From NCBI GenBank assembly GCA_963765125.1, contig CAVXUZ010000005.1, positions 97,596-161,595 of the forward strand: a DNA stretch of 64,000 nt, in the 5' to 3' direction. The notes under the pieces were generated by a model. The model made no database searches. It was not told where the DNA came from and was given only the letters and a program-made list of their open reading frames with translations. This stretch comes from an uncultured candidate division WWE3 bacterium. Its GTDB lineage: Bacteria > Patescibacteriota > WWE3 > UBA101185 > UBA10185. Positions within the stretch are counted from its first letter, which is position 1. Every line of letters begins with the position of its first letter. A program made the translations under genes and the position numbers. Shown here one piece after another: positions 1 to 9,909 of this stretch.

Positions 1-1542
1 ATTCCCAAAGAAAGCATTACTGACGCAAAGATTGATTTTATATATTTCGCGCAACTATAAGAATCAAGTTCTGAGTTTTTATAAAAAACCTCAAGCGCCC
101 TATTCTCTCTATAAGAATTATGTTTTTCATTAGAACCAATCACCTCGTATGTTCTACCAATTTCAAATAGCCTTACTTCAGGTATTCTAGCTTTTGAGTA
201 AGTTTGAAACACGTCTTTTAAAGTTGTTCTAATGCTAGTTCTCATGGCGCTTTTATCTGGAGAAAGTGCATTTGTTAAAATTACCTGATTCGTGGCTTTT
301 TCATCGATTTTAATTATTGGGTTGGTGATGTGTTCGTGAAAACCTAACCCAACCAAAGTGTCTCTGATGTAATCTTCGAAAACGTATAGTTTAGGTGTAA
401 TTTCTTTTGGAGGAGCAGCATTGATTTGGACCACAGGAATATTTTTATAATCATAGATTCTATAAATATCTGAAACAATATCGTCTTCAACAATTACGTC
501 AGTTCTAAAATATGGAATTTCCACTTCAAAACCTGTTACTTTTTCATCTACGATTTTATATTCTAGAGCCTCAAGTATTTCTTTAACTTTTGATTTATCA
601 AAATCTACACCACCAATCTTTTTAATTCTTTCATATCTTAATTCCATCTTTTGCGTTTTTGTTGGATTCGGATACCAATCATCATTTTCAAAGTATTCTC
701 CACCGGCAAGTTCTAAAATTAGATACGTTGCGCGTTCGATTGCTTTTTGAGTAAGTTCTGGGTGTAAAAATTTATCGCTTCTTAAAACTGTTTCATTTTG
801 TATTTTTAATGCCCTAGATGCTTTTCTAATTGCAACCTGATTATAGTTTCCTGCGTCGAGAATAATTTCTGTTGTGGTATCGGTAACTCCTGTTGAAGCA
901 CCACCCACGATTCCTCCCACAACAGTCGCCTCCCCTGCCTGTGTTAAAACAAAATTATCTTTTGTTAAAACAGCAATTTCTCCTAGAAGTGTAATTACTT
1001 TTTCTTCTGGTTTTGCACGTCTAATAACTATTTCTCTCGCTTTCATTTTTGACAAATCTTGTGCGTGAAGTGGCTGGCCATATTCGACCATCACATAATT
1101 AGTTATATCAACAATATTATTTATTGAAGGAATTCCATACGCTTCTAATCTACCTTTAAGCCAATCAGGTGATTTTTTAACTTTGATATTCTTAAATACT
1201 CTCGTATTAAATCTGTTCACAAGTTCAGGGCAATGTACTTCAATTTTTACTTTGTCTTTAGTTTCAAGACTTTTACCTTTTTCATTATGTATTTTTGGAT
1301 ATTTTAACTTCGCTCCTTCATAAGCAGCCAAATCTCTTGCGCATCCTAGTATGCTCAGCCAGTCCGATCGATCCATTCTGTGTTCAAGATCAAGTATGTC
1401 TGTTTTGTAGCCACCATTTTTATATTCCTGTACTGGCTTTATCTAGCATAAGACCAATTGCTGTAAAAGACGCCGCAGTTTTTTTAACTGGCGCATTTTT
1501 TAAATCAACATATTCTTTTAGCCACTCTAATGGTATTCTCAT
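1..1542 (-). CDS. pheT: Phenylalanine--tRNA ligase beta subunit (3' end outside window)
   Basis: Manual translation from ATG at 1542 (ATGA overlap with pheS stop): MRIPLEWLKEYVDL...RSDWLSILGCARDLAA, later NNIVDITNYVMVEYGQPLHA and VEIPYFRTDV..EDDIV; directly downstream of pheS. Confidence 0.95.
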
Positions 1543-2546
1543 CTGTAGATCATTCCTCCGTAAAGCTTTCTAATATCATCAATACCAAATCTTTGCATAA
1601 CTAGGCGGTCGAGTCCCATTCCAAATGCAAAGCCAGTATATTTTTCAGGGTCGATTCCGCACATTTTTAAGGTGTTGTAATGAATCATCCCGCTGCCTAA
1701 AACCTCAATAAAACCTCTTTGTTTACAGACTGCACAGCCATCCCCGTTGCAGAATCTGCATTTCATATCCACACCCATCCCCGGAGAGACCTCTGGATAA
1801 TATTTATATCGGTATCGTAATTCCACGTCTTCGCCGAATAAAAATTTATGAAACGCTTCAAGCGTACCTTTGAGATGTTCCATTGTAATTCCTTCATCAA
1901 CGACAACTCCCTGATACTGGTGAAAAAATGCAGCGTTTGTATTATTTAAAGTTTCATTTCTAAAACATTTTCCAGGAAATGCAGCTCTAATAGGAGGTTT
2001 CTGCTCAGTTAGTATTCTAGCTTCAATGGATGAGGTATGTGACGACAATAAAACATCACCACCAATAAAAAGTGTATCTTGAAGATCTGTTGCAGGATGA
2101 CCTTCGGGTAAATTCAATTTTCTAAAATTAAACTCCTCGGTTTCGATTTCCGGCCCTTCAACTATCGAGTATCCGTAATATCTAAAAAAATCATTCATTT
2201 CTCTAATTACTTGCGTTGTTGGATGAAGCATTCCTGCTGAGGCGGGTCGTTCCGGGTAAGTTAAATCAATTAACGGGTCTGTAAGTGTGAGTTCTTGAAC
2301 TTCTACTTTTCTTTTTTCGACGTCTGCCTTAAGTTCATTTTGTAAAGTATTTATAATAGGGCCAAATTCTTTTTTTCCTTCTATTGGGAGCTCAGCCAAC
2401 ATTTTCATTATTTCAGTCACTTGGCCATGTTTTTTAGAGAAGAGCCCAAGGTAAACAGCGTCAAGCTCTGCTATAGACGTAGATTTATCAATTTTTTCTT
2501 TTGTGGATTTATTAACTTCGTTAATCTTTGCTTCAATCGGGTTCAT
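1539..2546 (-). CDS. pheS: Phenylalanine--tRNA ligase alpha subunit
   Basis: HP..DLQDT, FHQ, GFAFGMGLDRL class II aaRS motifs; operon context. Confidence 0.97.
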   Translation of the reverse strand: MNPIEAKINEVNKSTKEKIDKSTSIAELDAVYLGLFSKKHGQVTEIMKMLAELPIEGKKEFGPIINTLQNELKADVEKRKVEVQELTLTDPLIDLTYPERPASAGMLHPTTQVIREMNDFFRYYGYSIVEGPEIETEEFNFRKLNLPEGHPATDLQDTLFIGGDVLLSSHTSSIEARILTEQKPPIRAAFPGKCFRNETLNNTNAAFFHQYQGVVVDEGITMEHLKGTLEAFHKFLFGEDVELRYRYKYYPEVSPGMGVDMKCRFCNGDGCAVCKQRGFIEVLGSGMIHYNTLKMCGIDPEKYTGFAFGMGLDRLVMQRFGIDDIRKLYGGMIYR

Positions 2547-2585
2547 ATGGAACAGGCCTTATACTTTATTATACCTAAGAAAAGA

Positions 2586-2945
2586 TTACTTATTAAAGGT
2601 TTCTTTTACTTTAAGTACTACCTGTTCAAATGCGCTGGGTTGGGTTACAGCCAAATCTGATAGTGATTTTCTGTCTAATTCAATTTTTGCTGTTTTTAAA
2701 CCTTTAATAAATGTACTGTAGTTTACTTCAAAAGGTTTCAATGCAGCGTTTATTCTTACAATCCAAAGTCTTCTCAACGCTCTTCGTCTTATTTTTCTTC
2801 CACCAAATGCGCGCTCGCCTGATCTAAGAACAGCCTCATGAGCTCTAGCAAAAAGCTTGCTTCTTGTTCCTCTATAACCCTTAGCAAGTTTTACAATTTT
2901 TGCATGTTTTGCGTGTTTTCTTTGTCCGTTTTTAACTCTAGGCAT
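2586..2945 (-). CDS. rplT: 50S ribosomal protein L20
   Basis: MPRVK...AKGYRG...[11 protein letters not shown]...[10 protein letters not shown]. Confidence 0.98.
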   Translation of the reverse strand: MPRVKNGQRKHAKHAKIVKLAKGYRGTRSKLFARAHEAVLRSGERAFGGRKIRRRALRRLWIVRINAALKPFEVNYSTFIKGLKTAKIELDRKSLSDLAVTQPSAFEQVVLKVKETFNK

Positions 2946-3141
2946 GATTTCCTAACATCTTTCTTAATTTTTTAATATGACCTTTATTGCCTACAGATAC
3001 TTTTCTTAGTTTTCTAAATCTTTTACTGGTGCTCCATTTAACTTTAAGGTGGCCGGTATTTATTTGGCCATGAACAAGTTTTCCTGTTTTTGTAACTCTA
3101 AATCTTTTTAGTAATGTTTTTCTTGTTTTTAGTTTTCCCAT
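2938..3141 (-). CDS. rpmI: 50S ribosomal protein L35
   Basis: KLKTRK...[11 protein letters not shown]; lies between infC and rplT. Confidence 0.95.
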   Translation of the reverse strand: MGKLKTRKTLLKRFRVTKTGKLVHGQINTGHLKVKWSTSKRFRKLRKVSVGNKGHIKKLRKMLGNHA

Positions 3142-3145
3142 ATTT

Positions 3146-3691
3146 TTATATTTTCACGAACGTTGCCGTAATTAAATTACCTTTTAGCTTTATATCGCGC
3201 TCTTCTACCTTTGCTACGTCCCTTAACTCATTAATTACGTGCTCAATCTTTTTCATGCCGATATCTGGGTAGATCATTTCTCGGCCTTTGAACTTGACGC
3301 TAATTTTAACCTTATTTCCCTCTAAAAGAAACTCCCTAGTTCTTGCGATTCTGACTTGAAGGTCTCCTTCGCCAATTGTGGGTCCAAAGATAAACTCTTT
3401 AATCTCACTTTTATGCGATTTTGCCTTAACAGCCGACATCTTTTTACGTTCTTCGTATAAAAATTTGCTGTATTCAAGTATTTTCGCAACGGGAGGATTA
3501 GCTTTTTCAGAGATTAAGACTAAATCCAATTCCTCATTTCTTGCTCTTCTCAAAGCATCTTGAGTACTAACAACACCGATGTTTTCGCCTTTGCTACCAA
3601 TCAATCTTACTTCAGGCGCCCTGATTCTCTCATTGACGAAGTGTTTTTCTCGCTTAAAGTAACGGTTTGCCTGTTTAAAAATAAATGCCAT
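3146..3691 (-). CDS. infC: Translation initiation factor IF-3
   Basis: NERIRAPEVRLI...LDLVLIS..ANPPVAKI; exact start codon uncertain. Confidence 0.96.
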   Translation of the reverse strand: MAFIFKQANRYFKREKHFVNERIRAPEVRLIGSKGENIGVVSTQDALRRARNEELDLVLISEKANPPVAKILEYSKFLYEERKKMSAVKAKSHKSEIKEFIFGPTIGEGDLQVRIARTREFLLEGNKVKISVKFKGREMIYPDIGMKKIEHVINELRDVAKVEERDIKLKGNLITATFVKI

Positions 3692-3706
3692 ATTCGCTTA
3701 TGATTT

Positions 3707-5503
3707 TTACCACAGCTTGAGGCTTCTGGTCAAATAGATATTTTTAATTGTCTCAATTACCTCATCTATTTGAAGGTCGTTTTTCTGCTCTCCAGTTCTT
3801 AACCTGATACTCAATTTATTACTTTGGGCTTCCTTGTCACCTAAAACGATCATATACGGTATTTTTTGGTTTTGAGCGTCTCTGATCTTTGCTCCCATAG
3901 ATTCACTTTTATCATTCAGTTCAACTCTTAACCCTGCCTCGATTAACTTACTTTTCACAGTTTTTGCGTATTCTACGTGCTTATCGCTGATCGTAATAAT
4001 TTCTATTTGGATTGGTGATAGCCAAACTGGGAAATTACCACCGTAATGTTCGATTAAAAAGCCGACAAATCTTTCATGACTGCCGAGTGGAGCACGGTGA
4101 ATTACTGCACAAAGTTTCTTTTCACCATTCTGGTCGGCGTACTCGAGACCGAATCTGGTAGGCATATATAAATCGAGTTGATTTGTCGATATTGAAAATT
4201 CTCTACCGATTGATGAAATAATATTAAAATCTATTTTAGGTCCATAAAACGCTGCGCCACCGATGTCTTCAACTGTTTTAATTCCTGATTTTTCTATTGC
4301 GCTTCTCATAATCTTTTCTGCGAGGGCCCAGGTTTTCTTATCGCCGTGATATTTATCCCACTTTTCTGGATCAGGAAGACCTATGACAATGTAGTAATCG
4401 TCTCTGCTCAAACCTAAAATCTCATAATAATATTCATGTAGTTTAATTACGTCCAAAAACTCCTTTTCAGCGTCTTCCATCGTGCAGTAAACATGTGCAT
4501 CGTTTTGTGCAATCGACCTTACTCTCATAAGGCCAAAAAGTGTTCCAGATTGTTCAAACCTGTAAACTGTGCCGTATTCAGCATATCGTAGGGGTAAATC
4601 GCGGTATGATTTGGGCGAAGACTTAAATATTTCATGATGATGAGGGCAGTTCATGCCCTTAAGGTAATAGTCTTCGTCGTCAATGGTCATGGGGCTGTAC
4701 ATATCATCTTTGTAATATGGAAGGTGCCCTGAAATCTCATAAAGTTTACCTTTTGCAATATGCGGTGTAGCAACTCTGACATACCCCCACTCCTTTTCGG
4801 TTTCTTTTGCCCATCTCTCAAGCTCTTCCCTAATTACAGTTCCTTTAGGGGTCCACAAAGGAAGACCTGGGCCAACGTTATCTGAAAAAGTAAACAAATC
4901 TAACTCTTTGCCTAATTTTCTATGATCACGTTTTTTTGCCTCTTCTAGTCTGTTTAGGTAATCATCGAGTTTTTCTTTAGTCTCAAATGCGGTAGCATAA
5001 ATTCTTTGTAGCATTTTATTTTTTTCACTGCCTTTGTAGTAAGCTCCTGCTACGCTTAAAAGTTTAAACGCCTTTACGTCACCGGTTTTTTTCGTGTGGT
5101 GGCCCATACACAAATCCACGTCTCGTGGTTTTTCTTTATCTCCCATTACGCAGATAGTAATGTCCTCACCTCTTTTAACGATTTCATCTAGATTGTTCAG
5201 TTTATATTCATTTCCTTTAAATAACGCTTTAGCTTCTTTTTCGGTTACCTTCTCCATTTTTAACGGTAAATCAGCGTCGATAATCTCCTGCATTCTTTTT
5301 TCTATGGTTGGAAAGTCTTCGGGGCTAATAATTGTATCCAAATCAAAATCAAAGTAAAAACCATGCTCAATTGGCGGCCCCATAACAAGCTTAATATCAG
5401 GGTAAAGCTCACGCATTGCCGTATGAAGAACATGTTCAGCTGAATGCCTTAGTGGCATTAATGGATCATCTTTTAACTTTTCGATTACTTTTTCTTTTGA
5501 CAT
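3707..5503 (-). CDS. thrS: Threonine--tRNA ligase
   Basis: RHSAEH, DHRKLGKELDLF, MNCPHH, FYGPKID, HRAPLGSHERF. Confidence 0.98.
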   Translation of the reverse strand: MSKEKVIEKLKDDPLMPLRHSAEHVLHTAMRELYPDIKLVMGPPIEHGFYFDFDLDTIISPEDFPTIEKRMQEIIDADLPLKMEKVTEKEAKALFKGNEYKLNNLDEIVKRGEDITICVMGDKEKPRDVDLCMGHHTKKTGDVKAFKLLSVAGAYYKGSEKNKMLQRIYATAFETKEKLDDYLNRLEEAKKRDHRKLGKELDLFTFSDNVGPGLPLWTPKGTVIREELERWAKETEKEWGYVRVATPHIAKGKLYEISGHLPYYKDDMYSPMTIDDEDYYLKGMNCPHHHEIFKSSPKSYRDLPLRYAEYGTVYRFEQSGTLFGLMRVRSIAQNDAHVYCTMEDAEKEFLDVIKLHEYYYEILGLSRDDYYIVIGLPDPEKWDKYHGDKKTWALAEKIMRSAIEKSGIKTVEDIGGAAFYGPKIDFNIISSIGREFSISTNQLDLYMPTRFGLEYADQNGEKKLCAVIHRAPLGSHERFVGFLIEHYGGNFPVWLSPIQIEIITISDKHVEYAKTVKSKLIEAGLRVELNDKSESMGAKIRDAQNQKIPYMIVLGDKEAQSNKLSIRLRTGEQKNDLQIDEVIETIKNIYLTRSLKLW

Positions 5504-5599
5504 AGCAATTTCGTTTCTATGATAACCTTTTTTTGAGTTTCAATAAATACTTATTTTTATTGTAGAACGCTAGTTTGGCTATTCTGGTATAAATATAGT

Positions 5600-6298
5600 G
5601 TGATAATTAACGTATACAAAGAAAAAAATTGGACAAGTTTTGATGTAGTTGCAAAGGTCAGGGGTTACCTAAGAGCAATTACTAGTGATAAAAAAATAAA
5701 AGTTGGGCACGCAGGCACTTTAGACCCGCTGGCAGAAGGTGTTCTGTTAGTACTAACTGGTGAAGATACAAAAAACCAAGATAGATTTATGGAATTTGAA
5801 AAAGAATACGATGCAGTGATAGGATTTGGTGTTGCATCTCCGACTTACGATCTCGAAGGACCATTAAAAATTACCAAACCAGTCAAAGACATAGATCTAA
5901 AAAATACTCTTGAAGAGAAGTTAACTAAGTATCTTGGAGAATTTGAACAAAAAGTACCTCCCTACTCTGCCGTAAAGGTAAGTGGCAAACCTTTATATAA
6001 AAGTGCACGCAAGGGCGACTTGTCTGAAAACATGCTTCCAGTGAAAAAAGTAAAAATATATGATATTAAAATTCTTGATTACGGAGTTAGAGAAAACATA
6101 GCTGGGGTAAGTATTCCCACGGTGAGAATTCTTGTAAGGTGTGCTAAGGGAACTTACATAAGATCTCTCGCGCACGATCTCGGTGAAGACCTCGGTGTTG
6201 GCGCAATTTTGCTAGATTTAATAAGAACAGGTGTTGGTGATTATCGTATCGAGAATTCTATAAAAATAAGTGAATTACCAAACAAATTAAAAATGTAG
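5600..6298 (+). CDS. truB: tRNA pseudouridine(55) synthase
   Basis: KVGHAGTLDPLAEGVL, PPYSAVKVSG, GTYIRSLAHDLG. Confidence 0.96.
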   Translation: MIINVYKEKNWTSFDVVAKVRGYLRAITSDKKIKVGHAGTLDPLAEGVLLVLTGEDTKNQDRFMEFEKEYDAVIGFGVASPTYDLEGPLKITKPVKDIDLKNTLEEKLTKYLGEFEQKVPPYSAVKVSGKPLYKSARKGDLSENMLPVKKVKIYDIKILDYGVRENIAGVSIPTVRILVRCAKGTYIRSLAHDLGEDLGVGAILLDLIRTGVGDYRIENSIKISELPNKLKM

Positions 6299-7216
6299 AG
6301 TTTCTTTTTCCACCATTACCTTACTGATTTTGAGAAAGCCTGTCTTTTTAGCAACATAAAAAACAACGTTGATCATGATTGTATAAATCAGAAAGGTAAA
6401 GAACCCGATAAATTGCATCAACCCAAACATCAAAATAGCCATAACTGGGTTTAGAAACCTCTTGTAAGGTTCAATAATGTTATTTACTTCACTTTCTACC
6501 GTCGACCTAATTGACATCTTTGGCAAGTCAATATTTTTAAAATTAGGAAAAGCGTTTAATAGGGTAGAACTTTCTGAGTACTCAAGTTTCGCTGGATCCA
6601 GCCCCAATGCTGTAAGTCTATTTAATTGATCGGCAGGCAGCCCCTCATTTACTTGTTGAACCATTTCCTGATTAATTTTTGGTGCAATATACTTTTCCGC
6701 GAGATCAGCAGCTTTTGAGCCAAGGTTGAGTTCAGGTTGGCTGCCTGTTGAAATTAAAACGAGAATGGTTGCAGTGATACTGTATGCAAGAATAATTCCT
6801 TTTGAAGAGTACCTTAAGATAATATTAGGATTAAATTTAATCATTTGGTTACGTAAAAGACTCGCCAAAAAATTATCATAAATAATTAGCCAGATAACGA
6901 TAAAAGAGATGATAATGGCGTACGCAGAATTTATAGGGAAGATTACTAAAAATATACCTGCAGCTACTGATAAGGGTGCAAAAACAAACTGTTCCCATTT
7001 GTACCATGAACCAGAGCCAAGTGCGTTTGTTATTAGGATTAAAGTTAAAAACAGAACCGACAATCCCAAAAACTTAAAGTCGGGCGTGAAGTAGTTTTGT
7101 TTTTCAATAAACTGCGCGATAAGCTTTGTGAGTAAAAATGATTCACCAACAATAAATAAAGAAATCACAGTGGTTTTAATGTAATAAGAGAGTGTTTTTT
7201 TAACTGATTCATCCAC
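6287..7216 (-). CDS. Hypothetical multi-pass membrane protein
   Basis: 309-aa ORF with about 6 hydrophobic segments. Confidence 0.75.
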   Translation of the reverse strand: MDESVKKTLSYYIKTTVISLFIVGESFLLTKLIAQFIEKQNYFTPDFKFLGLSVLFLTLILITNALGSGSWYKWEQFVFAPLSVAAGIFLVIFPINSAYAIIISFIVIWLIIYDNFLASLLRNQMIKFNPNIILRYSSKGIILAYSITATILVLISTGSQPELNLGSKAADLAEKYIAPKINQEMVQQVNEGLPADQLNRLTALGLDPAKLEYSESSTLLNAFPNFKNIDLPKMSIRSTVESEVNNIIEPYKRFLNPVMAILMFGLMQFIGFFTFLIYTIMINVVFYVAKKTGFLKISKVMVEKETLHF

Positions 7217-7248
7217 CTATTTATGATAGCAGATATTTTGTAAAGAAA

Positions 7249-7284
7249 TAAAAAAAGGGCTGAAAGTAAATTAATTTCAGCCCT
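7249..7284 (-). terminator. Intrinsic terminator
   Basis: agggctgaaa...tttcagccct inverted repeat with an A-run on its left, just past the stop of the 7290 gene. Confidence 0.75.
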
Positions 7285-7289
7285 AACTG

Positions 7290-7856
7290 TTATTGCGGAA
7301 TAAACTTCATACCCAGATCGTTTGTAATCGTTACCAGAAGTTCGAGTGTTTCTTGCGGACTAAGCGCTGATATACATTGATCGAGCACTTCAGCAAGCAT
7401 TATCATATCCTTTGTTTCTAAAGAGTGTGCGAGCGCCGCCTGTGAGACTACTTTGTTAATAGGCACCGACTGCGTAGGTTGGCTAGTGTTTTCTATGTAC
7501 CGCTGCTTAGCTTCTTGAAAAGCAACGTGAGGGCTAAAAAACATCGACCCAATGTACTGACGACCGATATAAAGCTCTTCCCAGGAGTATGAGGCGACCT
7601 TTATTGCCTCATCAACCCCGATCCCTGCTGCGAGATCCTTTAGTACGCACCTGAACTGCATGCGATCATTATTTCTAAAGGCTGCTTCTAAAACAAGAAA
7701 ACGTGAAAATACCCACTTTGCTTTATTTTGCTGGTAAAGCTTTAGCCCAGCCTCATCGACATCCCCCGGCACAAACATTTTCAACGTTGAAAATAATTCA
7801 TTCGGATCAAATTTTTCTTTTGTTACCGTATTGGAAACATCAAGTTGGTCACTCAT
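7290..7856 (-). CDS. Hypothetical protein
   Basis: Probable start MSDQLDV at 7856 with upstream AAGGGAG; the longer ORF-track version runs into non-coding repeats. Confidence 0.7.
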   Translation of the reverse strand: MSDQLDVSNTVTKEKFDPNELFSTLKMFVPGDVDEAGLKLYQQNKAKWVFSRFLVLEAAFRNNDRMQFRCVLKDLAAGIGVDEAIKVASYSWEELYIGRQYIGSMFFSPHVAFQEAKQRYIENTSQPTQSVPINKVVSQAALAHSLETKDMIMLAEVLDQCISALSPQETLELLVTITNDLGMKFIPQ

Positions 7857-7981
7857 ATATATCTCCCTTCTCTGATAGTTGTGTGAAATTATAGCAGATT
7901 TATATAATTTTGGATAAAAGCGAACAGGTTTTTTGTGTGCACAAAAAAATACGTCCGCAAAAAATGCGGACTTAATTTTTA

Positions 7982-8119
7982 TGGTGGCAAATCGTCGCTT
8001 TGCTCCTATTGCACGCCAACTCACTAAGCTCGAGTACGAGCAAGCGATTTGGTGGCAAATCGTCGCTTTGCTCCTATTGCACGCCAACTCACTAAGCTCA
8101 CTACGTTCGCTAAGTGATT
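7982..8119 (-). repeat. Two tandem 68/70-bp repeats abutting the tRNA-Val 3' end
   Basis: tggtggcaaatcgtcgctttgctcctattgcacgccaactcactaagctc occurs at 7982 and 8050. Confidence 0.95.
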
Positions 8120-8196
8120 TGGTGAGCCCACCTGGACTCGAACCAGGGACCTCTACGATGTCAACGTAGCGCTCTAACCAGCTGAGCTATGAGCTC
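8120..8196 (-). tRNA. tRNA-Val(GAC)
   Basis: GAGCTCATAGCTCAGCTGG...CTACG-TTGACAT-CGTAG...GGTTCGAGTCC...CACCA. Confidence 0.96.
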
Positions 8197-8322
8197 TCAC
8201 CTAAAAGCAATTACCAAACAACGAACTACAAAACGCAAGAAACAATATCTAAAGCATTGAGATTTTATCTGTAAAAACAATCAAAATCAATAGCAACAAT
8301 TACACATGCTTTATCAAAAAGA

Positions 8323-8940
8323 TTACTTCTTTCTAGGAGTCAAAACCTTATCAATTATTCCATACTCAATTGTTTCTTTTGTGTCCATCCATTTATCGCG
8401 TTCAATATCGTCTAAAACTTTTTTAAATTCTTGTCCAGTATTTTCAGCAATTAATTGTGCATAGACTTCTTTGCTTTTTACCATTTCTTTTGCTTCGATC
8501 TCGATGTCGGTAGCAGTTCCTTCAAGTCCACCTCCCATAATTCTTGTTTGGTGAATCATCGATTTTGCATGTGGAAGAGCAAATCTTTTACCTTTTGTTC
8601 CTGCGCAAAGTAGTAAAGCAGCGGCAGACGCAGCGAGTCCAACATTAATTGTGCTGACCTCATTTTTTACGTGCTTTATCGTGTCGTACATTGCTTTTCC
8701 AGCGTAGGTTACTCCACCCTCTGAGTTGATGTAGACGTTGATGTCCCTCTCAGGATCAGTGCTTTCTAAGAACAGCATTTGGGCAATAAATGTGTTAGCA
8801 ACACCCATATCGATTGGTCCAGTTACAAACACAATAAAGTCTTTTAACAATCTTGAATAAATATCGTACGATCTTTCCATTCCACTTGGGTCTTTTTCAA
8901 CTACGATGGGTACTAAAGTGTTATCTCTTTTATTTATCAT
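8323..8940 (-). CDS. clpP: ATP-dependent Clp protease proteolytic subunit
   Basis: ERSYDIYSRLL, YINSEGG, GLAAS, MIHQ; downstream of tig. Confidence 0.96.
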   Translation of the reverse strand: MINKRDNTLVPIVVEKDPSGMERSYDIYSRLLKDFIVFVTGPIDMGVANTFIAQMLFLESTDPERDINVYINSEGGVTYAGKAMYDTIKHVKNEVSTINVGLAASAAALLLCAGTKGKRFALPHAKSMIHQTRIMGGGLEGTATDIEIEAKEMVKSKEVYAQLIAENTGQEFKKVLDDIERDKWMDTKETIEYGIIDKVLTPRKK

Positions 8941-9829
8941 GATGGTTTTCTCCTTCAGTTTCTTTAATTAAACTTTCTATAATTTTATTCTTTTCCAAAA
9001 TTGCTCTAATGTAAAGTCTTTGCATCGGGTCTTTTAGCTGTTCTTTTGTTGCTTCTTCTTCAACGCCTTCAAAAGCCTTATCAATTTCTTCATCTTTAAC
9101 TTCAACTTTTTCTTCTTTAATTACTTCGCTTAGAACAAGTTCTCCTCTAATGTTTTGTTCTGCGATTTTTGTGTAGCTCTCTTTTAGCTGTTCCATCGTA
9201 ATGCCTTGCGCTTTTAAGTAGTCTTCAGTTTTCATTCCTGCTGCTAAAACTTGATCAACCATTCTTGCGATTAGTCTGTTTAATTCTTCTTCGATTAAAA
9301 TATCTGGTACATCAAATGTTGAGCTATTTATCAAAACCTCTACAACATCAGATGGATGTAAATGTGCATGTGAGTGAGAAATATCCTCGCCCTTTTTCAA
9401 CTTTTCTGCAATTTCTTTTTTCACTTCCTTGTTTTTATTTTCGTAATATTTTTTGAGCTCACTTCTATAATCTTTTAATTTTATTTCGGGCTTCATTGCA
9501 ACTGTAGCGACAAATTCAAAGTCTTTTTCCATCTCAAACTCTTTAATTTCCACTTTTGGGTTGGAGATTGGCATAATATGGTGCTCCTTCAATGCTTGTG
9601 GATAATAAAGCTGCAAAAGTTGATTAATTACATCACCATAAAGTGCTGATACACCGAGCTTTTGTTCTACTTTTTCCTTTGGTGCTTGGCCTTTTCTAAA
9701 GCCTGGAACCTCTGTTTCTTTTACAGCCTGGTCCAATACCCTATTATAAGTATCTTTCACGTACTGATTTTCAACAGTAACAGTGATATTTAGTTGTGAA
9801 TTCTTGATTTTTTCGACGTTTACTTTCAT
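8930..9829 (-). CDS. tig: Trigger factor (N and C domains, apparently no PPIase domain)
   Basis: VPGFRKGQAP ribosome-binding motif; only 299 aa; upstream of clpP. Confidence 0.92.
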   Translation of the reverse strand: MKVNVEKIKNSQLNITVTVENQYVKDTYNRVLDQAVKETEVPGFRKGQAPKEKVEQKLGVSALYGDVINQLLQLYYPQALKEHHIMPISNPKVEIKEFEMEKDFEFVATVAMKPEIKLKDYRSELKKYYENKNKEVKKEIAEKLKKGEDISHSHAHLHPSDVVEVLINSSTFDVPDILIEEELNRLIARMVDQVLAAGMKTEDYLKAQGITMEQLKESYTKIAEQNIRGELVLSEVIKEEKVEVKDEEIDKAFEGVEEEATKEQLKDPMQRLYIRAILEKNKIIESLIKETEGENHHDK

Positions 9830-9909
9830 AGTAGCGAATATTTTAGCACACTTTGGTGTAAATTGATAAGAATTTACATCACAACCCTACTATTTGCTGT
9901 ATCTACGGT

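Noticed and set aside
7982-8119. CRISPR array
   Set aside because: Only two units, the variable parts recur at other tRNAs rather than being unique spacers, and there are no cas genes.
7857-8169. ORF-track ORFs across the tRNA-Val repeats, and similar ORFs at 17137, 31922, 33564 and 41335
   Set aside because: They run through tRNAs or non-coding repeats, and their repeated peptides are by-products of the DNA repeats.
1-9829. Short pheT, thrS and trigger factor as novelties
   Set aside because: Loss of these accessory domains is familiar in reduced genomes and was used only as a taxonomic hint.
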